From positions 1 to 51,590 of IMG/VR virus record IMGVR_UViG_3300044822_000051: a stretch of 51,590 nucleotides of DNA; one strand, written 5' to 3'. This DNA is from a virus (Duplodnaviria; Caudoviricetes). Positions 7,957-16,958 of this stretch are shown here, one piece after another. The first letter of the stretch is position 1. The number at the start of each line of letters is the position of its first letter. The notes under the pieces were generated by a model. The model was not told the DNA's origin. It made no database searches and saw nothing but the letters and a program-made list of their open reading frames with translations. The position numbers and the translations under genes are program-made.

Positions 7957-10452
7957 ATGCAAGACACACGCTTACTGCGTGAGCTTTCGCACCTTCGCGC
8001 TTTCGTAGTCTGGCGGTTTATTGTCAAGCCAGATAAGCCGAAACCCGACAAGGTTCCGATAGATCCACGCAGCGGCTACCCCATCGACTGGATGGAGTCT
8101 GCCACATGGATGTTGCCATTTGAGGCGCTGGCTGCAGCCGATGCGCTGGGCCCGCAGTTCGGGGTGGGACTCGTGGCCGCGCCGGGCTCAGGCCTGTTCT
8201 TCGTGGATCTGGACAGCGCCCGGGATCCCAACGGCGGCTGGTATCCCCACGTGCGGGCGTTCGAAGGTCTGTTTCGCGGCGGGTATACCGAAACCTCGGT
8301 GTCACTGACTGGGCGGCACATCGTGGTCCGGGTGCAAACAGCGCTCCTGCCGGCACATGGCACCCGCAATTCCGATTTCCGCATGGAGGCTTATTCGCAG
8401 GCCCGGTTTCTGGCTTTAACGGGCATAGATGCTGCAGGCTCCCTCGAGCACGATTTTACCGCGGTAGCTCAGCGGTTCCTGACCCAGTATTTCGCGCCGG
8501 CTCAGAATCGTCTGACGGATTGGCAGGACGGCCCTGTAGACGAATGGGACGGCCCCGACGACGACCAAGAGCTGATACGCCGCGCTTGTCGATCCCACGG
8601 GGCTCGAGGCGCTTACGGCCGTTCTGCACTGTTTGTGGACCTGTGGAACGCGACCCCCGAGATTCTAGAGCGCCAGTTTCCGCCCCAGTCCGCCGGTAAA
8701 GCCTACGACGCATCAGCGGCCGACATGGCGCTCCTGAACCATCTGGCTTTCTGGACAGGCAACGACTGCCCGCGCATGGAGAGGCTCCTGAAAGCTTCAG
8801 GTCTCGCGCGGCCGAAGCATGACCGGCCGGACTACATGCGTCGCTCGATCCTGGCCGCTTGCGCCTCACAGACCGAGTGGTATAGTGGCGGCGACCGGCA
8901 TGCGGCGCCCGCCTCCGATCTTGCCGAGACGGACCGTGACGGCCCAGGGTGTGAGCCCCTACCGCATGCGCCTTATTCGGTGCCTGACCCGCCCCAGGCG
9001 TCTCCGCCGTCAACGTCAGTTATGGTGAGTGCGGGGCCACCTACCGCCCCCGAACATAAGGCGCCGGCTCTTGCGTCAATCGGAGGCGGTAGGACGGCGC
9101 CACTGCCCGCGCTTGGTCCGCTCCCGGCGGTTGGAACGTTTCTCAACATCGTCATGGCGCTCCAACATTTTGAAGGCTGTTGCTACGTGGCCGATATCAA
9201 CCGCATTCAATTACCGGACGGCACCACGCAGGGTAAGGACCAATTTGACAACCTGCGCGGCAATTGGATGTGGCCAATGGAGCCGGATGGATCTAATCCC
9301 ACCAACAGCGCGTGGGAGTGTTTCTTGAAGAACCAAATCCACGAGTTCCATAAGGCTGCGGCTCAATACTTCAACCCACGCGAGGCGACTGGCGCAACAC
9401 GCGTCCGTGATGGACGCACCGAGGTTAATTGTTATGCCCCACTTGATATACGCCGAATTCAAGGGGACCCAGCCCCCTTCGTGCGACACATTCAGCGTTT
9501 GCTTCCCCGAGACTGGGAACTCATGCTTTACACACTCGCCGCTAGGGTCCAGTTCCGAGGCATCAAGTTCATGTGGTCACCCTTCCTGCAAGGAACAAAG
9601 GGAAACGGCAAAACGCTACTTGCAAAGATACTCGAATACTCTATTGGCCAGCGTTATACGCACTGGCCCAAACCGGAACAACTGGACGAGAAATTCAACC
9701 TTGTCCTTACGGATAAAATTATAATTATTGTTGATGAGCTGCCACGCAATGGACTGGAGATAGAGCCCACGCTCAACACACTGGTAACTGCGACACGGTT
9801 GGAAATTCGCCCGATGTACGGCGAAAAGATCATGCGGGACGTATGTTTCAACCCGTTCTTTATTTCCAACTACCGCGGTAGCCTGCAGTGCGATCCCGAC
9901 CAACGCCGCTACGCGCCGTTTTTCTGCGCCCAGCAACACAAGGCGGATCTGGCTCGCGACGGACTCACGAACGACTACTTTCAACAACTACGGCATTGGC
10001 TGGAGAATGAGGATGGATATGCCATCAGCGCTTGGTATCTTAGCACCGTCGATATTCCCAGGGCTCATCATCCTGACGTATCTATACGTGCACCGGAAAC
10101 TACTTCTACGACCGCGGCCTATCGTGCTAGCTACTCGCCAGCCGAGCAAGAGGTTTTGGAGGCAATTGAGGCGGGGCGCGTTGGCTTCCGCAACGGCTGG
10201 ATATCTTCTCATGCGCTTGATGTTGAATTCAGTCGCGCGGGCCGTGCGAAACAGCTGCCGTTGAACGTGCGCCGGGGTATCGTGGAGGGGTTGGGCTACG
10301 TACCCCATCCATCCCTAGCGGACGGGCTGCTGCATACGGTCCTACCGGACGGTACGCGGCCACGGCTGTACATTCGCGAAGAACACGCCTGGAATGTCAA
10401 TTACCTAACACCGGACCAAGTTAAGGCCGGCTACTTGGAGGCGCAGAAATGA
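7957..10452 (+). CDS. NrS-1-type primase-polymerase / helical bundle / SF3 (DUF5906) helicase
   Basis: VDLD, ETSVSLTGRH, ARFLALTG; SAADMAL..LAFWTG..MERL..SGL.R.K..RPDY; Walker A GTKGNGKT, IIVDE, RRY. Confidence 0.9.
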   Translation: MQDTRLLRELSHLRAFVVWRFIVKPDKPKPDKVPIDPRSGYPIDWMESATWMLPFEALAAADALGPQFGVGLVAAPGSGLFFVDLDSARDPNGGWYPHVRAFEGLFRGGYTETSVSLTGRHIVVRVQTALLPAHGTRNSDFRMEAYSQARFLALTGIDAAGSLEHDFTAVAQRFLTQYFAPAQNRLTDWQDGPVDEWDGPDDDQELIRRACRSHGARGAYGRSALFVDLWNATPEILERQFPPQSAGKAYDASAADMALLNHLAFWTGNDCPRMERLLKASGLARPKHDRPDYMRRSILAACASQTEWYSGGDRHAAPASDLAETDRDGPGCEPLPHAPYSVPDPPQASPPSTSVMVSAGPPTAPEHKAPALASIGGGRTAPLPALGPLPAVGTFLNIVMALQHFEGCCYVADINRIQLPDGTTQGKDQFDNLRGNWMWPMEPDGSNPTNSAWECFLKNQIHEFHKAAAQYFNPREATGATRVRDGRTEVNCYAPLDIRRIQGDPAPFVRHIQRLLPRDWELMLYTLAARVQFRGIKFMWSPFLQGTKGNGKTLLAKILEYSIGQRYTHWPKPEQLDEKFNLVLTDKIIIIVDELPRNGLEIEPTLNTLVTATRLEIRPMYGEKIMRDVCFNPFFISNYRGSLQCDPDQRRYAPFFCAQQHKADLARDGLTNDYFQQLRHWLENEDGYAISAWYLSTVDIPRAHHPDVSIRAPETTSTTAAYRASYSPAEQEVLEAIEAGRVGFRNGWISSHALDVEFSRAGRAKQLPLNVRRGIVEGLGYVPHPSLADGLLHTVLPDGTRPRLYIREEHAWNVNYLTPDQVKAGYLEAQK

Positions 10453-10670
10453 GTGACGGTAAAATATGGCCACGTCCCGATGGTACTTACTCCTGTGCCA
10501 ACATCATGTTGGTAGCTGTATATATGCATGTGGCGTGCCAGCGTATAAAAGCCGGGTTGCGTAAGTCGAAACGAACGCCACGAAGCGCGTCGTTGGCCGG
10601 TCAGTTGAAACGGCTCAAGGTGCCGGCTGAGATGAATCCAGCCCGCGCGCCCCTGCCTAGCCATCACTGA
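10449..10670 (+). CDS. Hypothetical basic protein (carries a 62-bp duplicated segment)
   Basis: GGAGG RBS and ATGA overlap with the primase. Confidence 0.5.
   Translation: MSDGKIWPRPDGTYSCANIMLVAVYMHVACQRIKAGLRKSKRTPRSASLAGQLKRLKVPAEMNPARAPLPSHH
10484..10545. repeat. 62-bp direct repeat, copy 1
   Basis: Identical to 12726-12787. Confidence 0.95.
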
Positions 10671-10720
10671 GCCTAAGGCTAGGCGCGGACAAAACACGCT
10701 TGCGGCGCGCGGGCCGAAAT

Positions 10721-10805
10721 TGGTGGACTAGCCTGGATTCGAACCAGGGAACCCGAAGGACCAGATTTACAGTCTGGCGGCTTTATCCATCTCACCAACT
10801 AGCCC
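10721..10805 (-). tRNA. tRNA-Tyr(GTA)
   Basis: GGGCTAG acceptor, CCAGA-CTGTAAA-TCTGG anticodon arm, long variable arm, GGTTCGAATCC, ACCA end. Confidence 0.93.
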
Positions 10806-10812
10806 AAACTGA

Positions 10813-10886
10813 CTGGGGGCGGCTGGGCTCGAACCAGCGACAAGCGGCGTAACAGGCCGCTGCTCTACCAACTGAGCTACATCCCA
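10813..10886 (-). tRNA. tRNA-Asn(GTT), imperfect acceptor stem
   Basis: TAGCTCAGTTGGTAGAGC D-arm, GCGGC-CTGTTAC-GCCGC, GCTGG-TTCGAGC-CCAGC; acceptor has mismatch/bulge and is followed by TCA rather than CCA. Confidence 0.8.
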
Positions 10887-11006
10887 AAAACCTTAAATTG
10901 AGCCAGACACTGCCGGTCCGAATAAGCCTATCGTTTGTGCGACATACCAGAGCCAGCTCATGGACGGGCCTACGACAGTGTCTGGGTCACCATGGACGGT
11001 ACAGAC

Positions 11007-11336
11007 TCAAGTAAACGTAACTACAGTACTGCGCGCCGTATGGCGCCGGACCACTCTGCTCTTGACTCGGGCGTCCCGTAGGTTGTGCTCGAAACGCCCG
11101 ATATACACATTCTCTAAAGCATACGGGCCAACATCACCGCGGCGGCACATCACGTATTCGCCGGGCCTGTTGCCCCGTTCGCTCCAATAGCCGCTCAAGC
11201 TCCATACGGCCCACCACTGCTCGAAACTGAGCTCGAACGCGATACCGCGCCTACGTGCGTTGGTCCTGTGGACCGAGTAAGCCCCGCGGGGCGTCGCGTG
11301 GTACCGCTTGTTTCGCTCCACCTGTGACAACGGCAT
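11007..11336 (-). CDS. HNH-like (NHN) endonuclease
   Basis: NARRRGIAFELSFEQWW..W...YVMCRRGDVGPYALENV..N pattern. Confidence 0.7.
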   Translation of the reverse strand: MPLSQVERNKRYHATPRGAYSVHRTNARRRGIAFELSFEQWWAVWSLSGYWSERGNRPGEYVMCRRGDVGPYALENVYIGRFEHNLRDARVKSRVVRRHTARSTVVTFT

Positions 11337-11418
11337 CGTTAAACCTTTCGGGCCACATCAGGCGGAATGCCAAAACCTCCCACCATTGAATCAATCGTCG
11401 CATGTAAGTCCCCTTGGG

Positions 11419-11724
11419 TCAACGCAGGTTGATCACAACGCCTGACACGGTGCCATAGCCGTGCGAATTGGCGCGGATTACGGTGCCATCCATCTGGCGG
11501 AAAACCAACCCATTGCTCGGACGCAGCGTGCACGCTTCAATCTGGCGCATGCGGCGCGCACGCTCTTGGGCGCCATTGGGTGTATACGCCTTGCGCGGCA
11601 TCATCCATCGTGGGATTTGTGCCTCACTGCCTCCTCCCGTTAGCACGCGGAATGACGAGCCAAATGATGCCAGTATCGCAGCCAGCGTAGCCCACTGCGA
11701 CCTGTGTACGTTCCCGAATTTCAT
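11419..11724 (-). CDS. Hypothetical protein
   Basis: AACTGGAGA RBS and a promoter directly upstream. Confidence 0.75.
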   Translation of the reverse strand: MKFGNVHRSQWATLAAILASFGSSFRVLTGGGSEAQIPRWMMPRKAYTPNGAQERARRMRQIEACTLRPSNGLVFRQMDGTVIRANSHGYGTVSGVVINLR

Positions 11725-11751
11725 TTTTGTCTCCAGTTACCAAGTGAACCG

Positions 11752-11780
11752 ACTATACTGACGATTACGTCAGTGCACAA
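11752..11780 (-). promoter_or_regulatory. Operator-spacer promoter
   Basis: TTGTGC-ACTGACGTAATCGTCAG-TATAGT. Confidence 0.75.
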
Positions 11781-11818
11781 GGGGTCACGTGCGCGATGAT
11801 ACACGCACATGAACCGCA

Positions 11819-12013
11819 TCACAGCCCGCGCCGGTCCAGCTCAGCGCGCAAGAGCGCGGCTGCTGCGTCCAGCCTGCAATCGAGCGCCTCCATGAGCTCC
11901 CTACAGGCCCAGCCAAACGCCGCCGCACTCTCAGGGCCTTGGCATGCGGCCACGGTCAGATAGGCCGTCACTGAGCGTTCTATGGCCATCGTGACGTAGG
12001 AGCCACCGCTCAT
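11819..12013 (-). CDS. Hypothetical protein
   Basis: ATGA-coupled to the upstream gene. Confidence 0.6.
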   Translation of the reverse strand: MSGGSYVTMAIERSVTAYLTVAACQGPESAAAFGWACRELMEALDCRLDAAAALLRAELDRRGL

Positions 12014-12723
12014 GCTGGCGCACTCGGGCTATTGAGCACCGCGGCTCCAGTACGACGCCCACGTCCCGCCGCCGGCTTAAACGTGGGAATACCGACTCGG
12101 GTACGCGTGTGCGCTCGGCCGGCTGACCCATCCAACGGGATGCCGTCTAACAATATCTGTAGGCTTTCCATGAGCCCTTCAATCGCCTCACGAGCCATAT
12201 CAGCATCGAAGCGTATTTGCCGCTGTAACGCCCGCTGTAGTGCGGCAGATGTGCGCGCGATCTGGCGTGCGGTCTTATCGGTGGGTTCGGGCGGTTGGGA
12301 CATTTTACGCAGACCATCCTTGGTTACCGTTTCAGGCTCCAAGGTGCGCAAATCAACACCACTACGGGCCGCTTCAGCCAATGTGGCCTTAGCGCTACGG
12401 GCAAACCCCGAACGGCTGTTGCGCGCCAGCATGCGTAGATGCCTCACCTCCTTAGGCAGTGAGACATCGTCCACCACATCATCAGTGAGGACTCCACGTA
12501 GAACGGCGGCGTACAAGGGGGTTTCTGCGGTATTGAGCGCCTCCAGCTGCGCTTCCGCAGCCAAAGGCTTGCGCCCACGTGGCGACCCTAACCTCGCTTG
12601 CGTGGCCACCAGCAGCACGCGCAAATAAGTTATTCCTGTGCCTTGCGCCCCATTCAAATGCACTACATGCTCGCGAGCCAATTGCTCAACCTGACTCTCA
12701 GACATAACGTACGGGTTCTTCAT
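12010..12723 (-). CDS. Hypothetical helical, basic protein
   Basis: AGGAG RBS before ATG 12723. Confidence 0.8.
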   Translation of the reverse strand: MKNPYVMSESQVEQLAREHVVHLNGAQGTGITYLRVLLVATQARLGSPRGRKPLAAEAQLEALNTAETPLYAAVLRGVLTDDVVDDVSLPKEVRHLRMLARNSRSGFARSAKATLAEAARSGVDLRTLEPETVTKDGLRKMSQPPEPTDKTARQIARTSAALQRALQRQIRFDADMAREAIEGLMESLQILLDGIPLDGSAGRAHTRTRVGIPTFKPAAGRGRRTGAAVLNSPSAPA

Positions 12724-12725
12724 GA

Positions 12726-12787
12726 TACTTACTCCTGTGCCAACATCATGTTGGTAGCTGTATATATGCATGTGGCGTGCCAGCGTA
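12726..12787. repeat. 62-bp direct repeat, copy 2 (leader and RBS of the 12723 gene)
   Basis: Identical to 10484-10545. Confidence 0.95.
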
Positions 12788-12819
12788 AAACCTCAATATT
12801 CGTGCTGCTACGCTGAAAA

Positions 12820-12837
12820 ACTGACGCGTTCGTCAGT
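12820..12837. promoter_or_regulatory. TGAC-N6-GTCA operator
   Basis: ACTGAC-GCGTTC-GTCAGT in intergenic DNA. Confidence 0.7.
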
Positions 12838-12863
12838 ATGGCGTGTGTAAGGCAAACAACGTG

Positions 12864-12904
12864 CCCGGCTACGCTCCCGTTTGGACCCGGCTACGCTCCC
12901 GTTT
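12864..12904. repeat. Two tandem copies of 19-bp CCCGGCTACGCTCCCGTTT
   Basis: 12864-12882 and 12886-12904. Confidence 0.9.
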
Positions 12905-12909
12905 CAGCC

Positions 12910-12939
12910 AAAAAAAAAGCCCCAGCTTACGCCAGGGCT
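12910..12939 (-). terminator. Rho-independent terminator
   Basis: AGCCCTGGC-GTAA-GCTGGGGCT stem followed by a T-run. Confidence 0.9.
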
Positions 12940-13001
12940 GCGGCCACTAGGGCCAGGGACGCGCTGAGCCATATCTAGGGCTCGCGTGTCGGGGGTTCAG
13001 T

Positions 13002-13262
13002 TCATCGCTGATGCTCCGGGCGCGGCTCGCCGCAAGCTATCTCATCATGCGCGGCCCACACCTCCACCGTTTTCTCGGCGCAGTACAACGCCACCGCGTT
13101 GCGCGTGGTCTCTATCATCATACCGGGGTGAATCTCTGTGCCGTTGCGCTGCATCTCCGACAGGTAGTCCATAACCGCGTTAGCGATGCAGGCGTATTCA
13201 ACAACGGACAGGACGGCGCGCTTTTGGATGCGCTCATGTTGATCAACAGTTATTTCGGGCAT
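13002..13262 (-). CDS. Hypothetical protein
   Basis: ORF within the leftward operon ending before the terminator. Confidence 0.65.
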   Translation of the reverse strand: MPEITVDQHERIQKRAVLSVVEYACIANAVMDYLSEMQRNGTEIHPGMMIETTRNAVALYCAEKTVEVWAAHDEIACGEPRPEHQR

Positions 13263-13422
13263 GTTTGTTTACTCGTACAATTTAAAGGGTGGGGCGACTG
13301 ATACGGGCGGGGTAAATAACCTTTAGCGTATACTCGCTCAATTTCAACATGGTGAGCCAACGTGCGAAGAAACCGCGCATGGCGCTTGTGTCTCGACCCC
13401 CGCAGTGGGGCTCGAGGCGCTG

Positions 13423-13704
13423 TTACTTTACGCGGCACAGATCATCCCAACGCGGCAACACGACGCATGCGGCACACCAGTCCGAGGGATTCTTACTCAG
13501 CGCATCCACCACGGAACAGCGCACATCGAAACGTAACAGCGGCGGGTGGTCTTGGGGCACGTGCTCAACCATCTTACCGGCCCCTCGCATGATACGGCCT
13601 ATGCGCTGATTCTGGTACGCGTAGGAGTGCGAGGCGCGAGATGGCCACATGGTGCGTGCTTCCGCCGGGGCGTCAATTTGATGGCCGCGTAAGTCTTCAG
13701 TCAC
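13423..13704 (-). CDS. Hypothetical protein
   Basis: First ORF after the promoter at 13734-13762. Confidence 0.55.
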   Translation of the reverse strand: MTEDLRGHQIDAPAEARTMWPSRASHSYAYQNQRIGRIMRGAGKMVEHVPQDHPPLLRFDVRCSVVDALSKNPSDWCAACVVLPRWDDLCRVK

Positions 13705-13733
13705 ATTCCACCCCGTTCATTATCGTGCCCAGG

Positions 13734-13762
13734 ACTATACTGACGCTCACGTCAGCAGTCAA
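13734..13762 (-). promoter_or_regulatory. Operator-spacer promoter
   Basis: TTGACT-GCTGACGTGAGCGTCAG-TATAGT. Confidence 0.8.
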
Positions 13763-13765
13763 GCC

Positions 13766-14152
13766 TCATTCGCTCTTGTTTCTTGGATCGTCAATTTCAG
13801 CTTGCAGCACCCGGGCATCGTAGTAGTCGGCCGCCATTTGGGCACCTTCCGGGAGCGTGCCCCCGCGCCGGTGTTTCCAAAACTCGAATATGCAACGCTG
13901 CAGATAAAGCCTCAATTCCACGCGCTCGGAGTGGGTGGTGTCCTTCAGCGTGAGCAGCTTATCCCCGGCGTACCCAGTCACCCCCTCGAAAGACTCGTAC
14001 TTCGGCGAGACGGCCACTCTGAGGCACTGAATGCACCCTCCCGTTGAAACGTAACGCGGCGAGTGGTGCCCGTATTTGCACGGCTTCCCCGTGTTAACGG
14101 TTGTCTCGCCGCGGGCCGCAGCTTGCACCCGCAACTGGTATATAGATGTCAT
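13766..14152 (-). CDS. Hypothetical protein with N-terminal Cys/His motif typical of phage HNH-associated domains
   Basis: TGKPCKYGH.SPRYVSTGGCIQC; AAGGA RBS. Confidence 0.75.
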   Translation of the reverse strand: MTSIYQLRVQAAARGETTVNTGKPCKYGHHSPRYVSTGGCIQCLRVAVSPKYESFEGVTGYAGDKLLTLKDTTHSERVELRLYLQRCIFEFWKHRRGGTLPEGAQMAADYYDARVLQAEIDDPRNKSE

Positions 14153-14180
14153 AGCTATTCCTTATTTAGTGTGATTCGCT

Positions 14181-14209
14181 AGACTACCTTGCAAGAGCCA
14201 CGACGTCAA
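14181..14209 (-). promoter_or_regulatory. sigma70-like promoter
   Basis: TTGACG-17-TAGTCT. Confidence 0.6.
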
Positions 14210-14442
14210 ATTCCTACTTTTCTCCCCCATAGTAATCATTATTGATACTATACTTAATTCTGTTTATTACCCGCGTTAAAAGGTAGGAAAACCGATATCG
14301 CAAGCTCTAGATGCAGCTTGCAAGGTGCAAGGCGCTGGTTACGGCATCGGTGGGCCACCCGTGGAATTCATAACCATGTGGTTATACATAAGCATTTGAG
14401 GCCCTTGCGCTCTAAGTGGTTGTTTGTAATAGTGTGGGCACT

Positions 14443-15369
14443 ATGGAAATTGCGACAGTTCCCGCGGGATCAGCCGTTGCGGCGCCCGCCGACGCCCTCG
14501 AGCCGACCCGCGCCGAAAAAACCGTGGAGTTTGCTCGCGCCAAGTGCAACGCTGCAGAACAGGCGTTTGCAGAGCACTGGGCATCATGCGGCAACAAGGC
14601 CAAGGCGTACAGGTTGGCGATGGGCTACGGCCAGAAGCCTAACGATGAAGTACGTGGGCGCAAGCCGCCGTTCCGCATGTATGCTTCAGCCATTGAGTAC
14701 AGCTTTCGGCCGCACGTCATGGCCTACTTCAACGCGCTGAAATCCCTGGCTGCAGAACGTGCACTGATAGACGTGCAACGCATCCTGCAACACGACGCAG
14801 CAATTGTGACCGCGTGGGAGCAAGGCGCCGCGAATGACCTAACCAGTTATGTTTGGATGAATTGCCGCCGTTGCTGGGGCATAGATGGCGAATACCAGTG
14901 GATTGATGAGAAGGAGTTCGCTGATGCGGGCGCGGCGTGGTTCGCCCAGGTAGCAACGACGTCGGCCGACAATCCCACTCCAGCTCAGCCTACAGATAAA
15001 GGCGGCTACGGGTTTCATGACTGGAATGAGCCCAATCCTGATTGTCGGGCGTGTAAGGGACTGGGTGATCAGCGCAGCATCGTGGCAGATACCACGAAGT
15101 TGGAAGGTGCCGCCGCCGTGCTCTATCGCGGGATAAAGCAAACGGCGAACGGCATTGAAGTGCTAACTCACGACGTAGACAAGGCCAAAGAGCGGCTGCT
15201 CAAGGCTTCGCGCGTTTACGGCGACTCGGCAACCGATGTAGCTCGAGGGGCTGCTGCAGGGGCTGCTGCGGGGGCTGCGGCAGCTCAGGCAGCAAGCCGT
15301 ACAGCTGTCGTCGCCGAGACCATGACGGACGAACAGGCAGCACGGGCGTATTTGGAGCTGGCGGGTTAA
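14443..15369 (+). CDS. terS: Terminase small subunit with Zn-finger insertion
   Basis: EQAFAEHW..GNKAKAYRLA N-terminus; CRRCWG..YQW...GGYGF..PNPDCRACKGLG; LYRGIKQTANGIEV..HD..KA. Confidence 0.85.
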   Translation: MEIATVPAGSAVAAPADALEPTRAEKTVEFARAKCNAAEQAFAEHWASCGNKAKAYRLAMGYGQKPNDEVRGRKPPFRMYASAIEYSFRPHVMAYFNALKSLAAERALIDVQRILQHDAAIVTAWEQGAANDLTSYVWMNCRRCWGIDGEYQWIDEKEFADAGAAWFAQVATTSADNPTPAQPTDKGGYGFHDWNEPNPDCRACKGLGDQRSIVADTTKLEGAAAVLYRGIKQTANGIEVLTHDVDKAKERLLKASRVYGDSATDVARGAAAGAAAGAAAAQAASRTAVVAETMTDEQAARAYLELAG

Positions 15370-15498
15370 ACAGCAGCAGCCCTCCTACGTGCGACGAATT
15401 GCGCACTTTGTAGAGTTTCCAGCACAGCGAGCAATCGTTATCCACCGGCACCGAAAGGCCCGCGTAGGTAGGATGCAGGGGGCATGCTAGTGTGATGC

Positions 15499-15627
15499 TC
15501 ATTTGAAATCCTGACAGACTATCAAGTAGGTTCCGTTAGTGAAACCGAGCGATGGCGTCTTGTTCAAGTATGTTACTGAGCGCACCGTTTTGCCCAGCAG
15601 TTGGGTTGCGTCGCCGAGGATACTCAT
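15499..15627 (-). CDS. Small hypothetical protein, 42 aa
   Basis: Manual ORF MSILGDATQLLGKTVRSVTY...; lies in a coupled leftward run. Confidence 0.5.
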   Translation of the reverse strand: MSILGDATQLLGKTVRSVTYLNKTPSLGFTNGTYLIVCQDFK

Positions 15628-15633
15628 GTTGCC

Positions 15634-15840
15634 CTACTCCCAAACGTCGCCATTATCACAATGCCAAAGTATGTCATCCTGTAGGATTGGCCCAGCCCAC
15701 CGAGGGCGCACTTGATCAGTTGGAACGCAATGATGTGTTACGTTAAAGGCGTGTCGGGCTATTAGATACGATACGATAAACCCCACCAATCCAACACAGA
15801 GCATCAGTATGAGCGACATAAGCCATTCCCAGTGTTTCAT
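15634..15840 (-). CDS. Small membrane protein
   Basis: GGAG RBS, ATGA overlap, one TM helix. Confidence 0.65.
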   Translation of the reverse strand: MKHWEWLMSLILMLCVGLVGFIVSYLIARHAFNVTHHCVPTDQVRPRWAGPILQDDILWHCDNGDVWE

Positions 15841-16208
15841 ACCAGCACTCCTTCGTAGCCCCGTTCGCGTTGGTTGAGCCAGTCGCACACAGCTTGTGCG
15901 TCGTTGTCGTTGTACGCGCTGCGGTGCGAGCCGCAAAAATCCGCGTAGCTGAACAGTGACCCGTATGCCCATACTAGCTCGCCGCATATGGCCGGAAACA
16001 CCCCTGCGACCTTTTTCGTCAGGTACGTCTTGGGCGGCGCGGGGTCCACTATAGCGACTAGGATTCTAGGCTCACTCTTGGCCCAAACTTCGACAGGCGC
16101 GCGAAATCGGTTGGCCAGATTCGCCGCCGCGTCTAGATACGGCCTGAGTATTGAATCATCGCCTTGCGCGTAGCGACGTGATTTAGCTTCAGACATCAGA
16201 ATGTGCAT
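15837..16208 (-). CDS. Hypothetical protein
   Basis: AGGAG RBS. Confidence 0.7.
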   Translation of the reverse strand: MHILMSEAKSRRYAQGDDSILRPYLDAAANLANRFRAPVEVWAKSEPRILVAIVDPAPPKTYLTKKVAGVFPAICGELVWAYGSLFSYADFCGSHRSAYNDNDAQAVCDWLNQRERGYEGVLV

Positions 16209-16274
16209 GGTTGGGCTCCTACTTTAGTAAATCGCGTCGGGTGCGTTACAATGCTCGCACGGCTACCGTATCGT

Positions 16275-16400
16275 TCACGGTAGATCCGTTTCAATCTGTT
16301 CGGCGCGGAAGTTCAAATCTTCGATGGCTTCCCGCGTATCTTCGCCGAGTTCTTTAAATGCCTCCGTTTCGATGAAATTGCGCAGTTCAAGGCAGATGTG
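16275..16400 (-). pseudogene. Headless 3' gene fragment
   Basis: ...LELRNFIETEAFKELGEDTREAIEDLNFRAEQIETDLP* with no RBS/ATG between it and the promoter cassette. Confidence 0.4.
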
Positions 16401-16405
16401 AGCCC

Positions 16406-16434
16406 AGTATACTGACGGCGCCGTCAGTTTGCAA
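16406..16434 (-). promoter_or_regulatory. Operator-spacer promoter (consensus copy)
   Basis: TTGCAA-ACTGACGGCGCCGTCAG-TATACT; 16398-16434 identical to 32551-32587. Confidence 0.85.
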
Positions 16435-16719
16435 CTAGTAAATCGCGTTAGGTGTGTCAGTGATCCCGTGAGCCATCATGAAATAAATGCGCTTGCTTAC
16501 CTGCGTTGCCACGGGCTCGCCAAAGCGGAACATCCCCACGATGAATATTCCAGGCGTGGGTATGGGCTCACCTACCCACTTGATAAATTCGGCCTGCAGA
16601 AACAAGCGCGCCTCGGTTTGTTCGGGGCTGCGGTCTGGCGCTTGCACCATATCGACAAGGCGCCGTACTTGGCGCATAGCCTCGGCGTGCTGCACTCGGG
16701 CGAAGTTGAGGGTTGGCAT
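16435..16719 (-). CDS. Hypothetical protein
   Basis: GGAG RBS before ATG 16719; stop abuts the next promoter cassette. Confidence 0.65.
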   Translation of the reverse strand: MPTLNFARVQHAEAMRQVRRLVDMVQAPDRSPEQTEARLFLQAEFIKWVGEPIPTPGIFIVGMFRFGEPVATQVSKRIYFMMAHGITDTPNAIY

Positions 16720-16771
16720 GGGGCGCTGCTCCGTGTTAGGCGCGCTGGCATTATCGCCAGGGGTTGATATA

Positions 16772-16800
16772 CTCATACTGACGGCGCCGTCAGTTTGCAA
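16772..16800 (-). promoter_or_regulatory. Operator-spacer promoter (weaker -10)
   Basis: TTGCAA-ACTGACGGCGCCGTCAG-TATGAG; 16775-16811 identical to 17185-17221. Confidence 0.75.
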
Positions 16801-16814
16801 GCTTTATTTGCGAG

Positions 16815-16958
16815 TCAAAAATGCCAACTTATGGCTTGGACGGCTTCCGCGCGCGTACGGTGCAGCGAGTGCGTCACACTGGTTTGACCATGCTTTGTCT
16901 CATAGTAGGCTGTAGCCTTCCACAACGCGCCGTGGCGGCTGATAATGGCCGCAAACAT
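16815..16958 (-). CDS. Small hypothetical protein, 47 aa
   Basis: Manual ORF MFAAIISRHGALWKATAYY...; ATG directly follows the upstream TAG. Confidence 0.5.
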   Translation of the reverse strand: MFAAIISRHGALWKATAYYETKHGQTSVTHSLHRTRAEAVQAISWHF

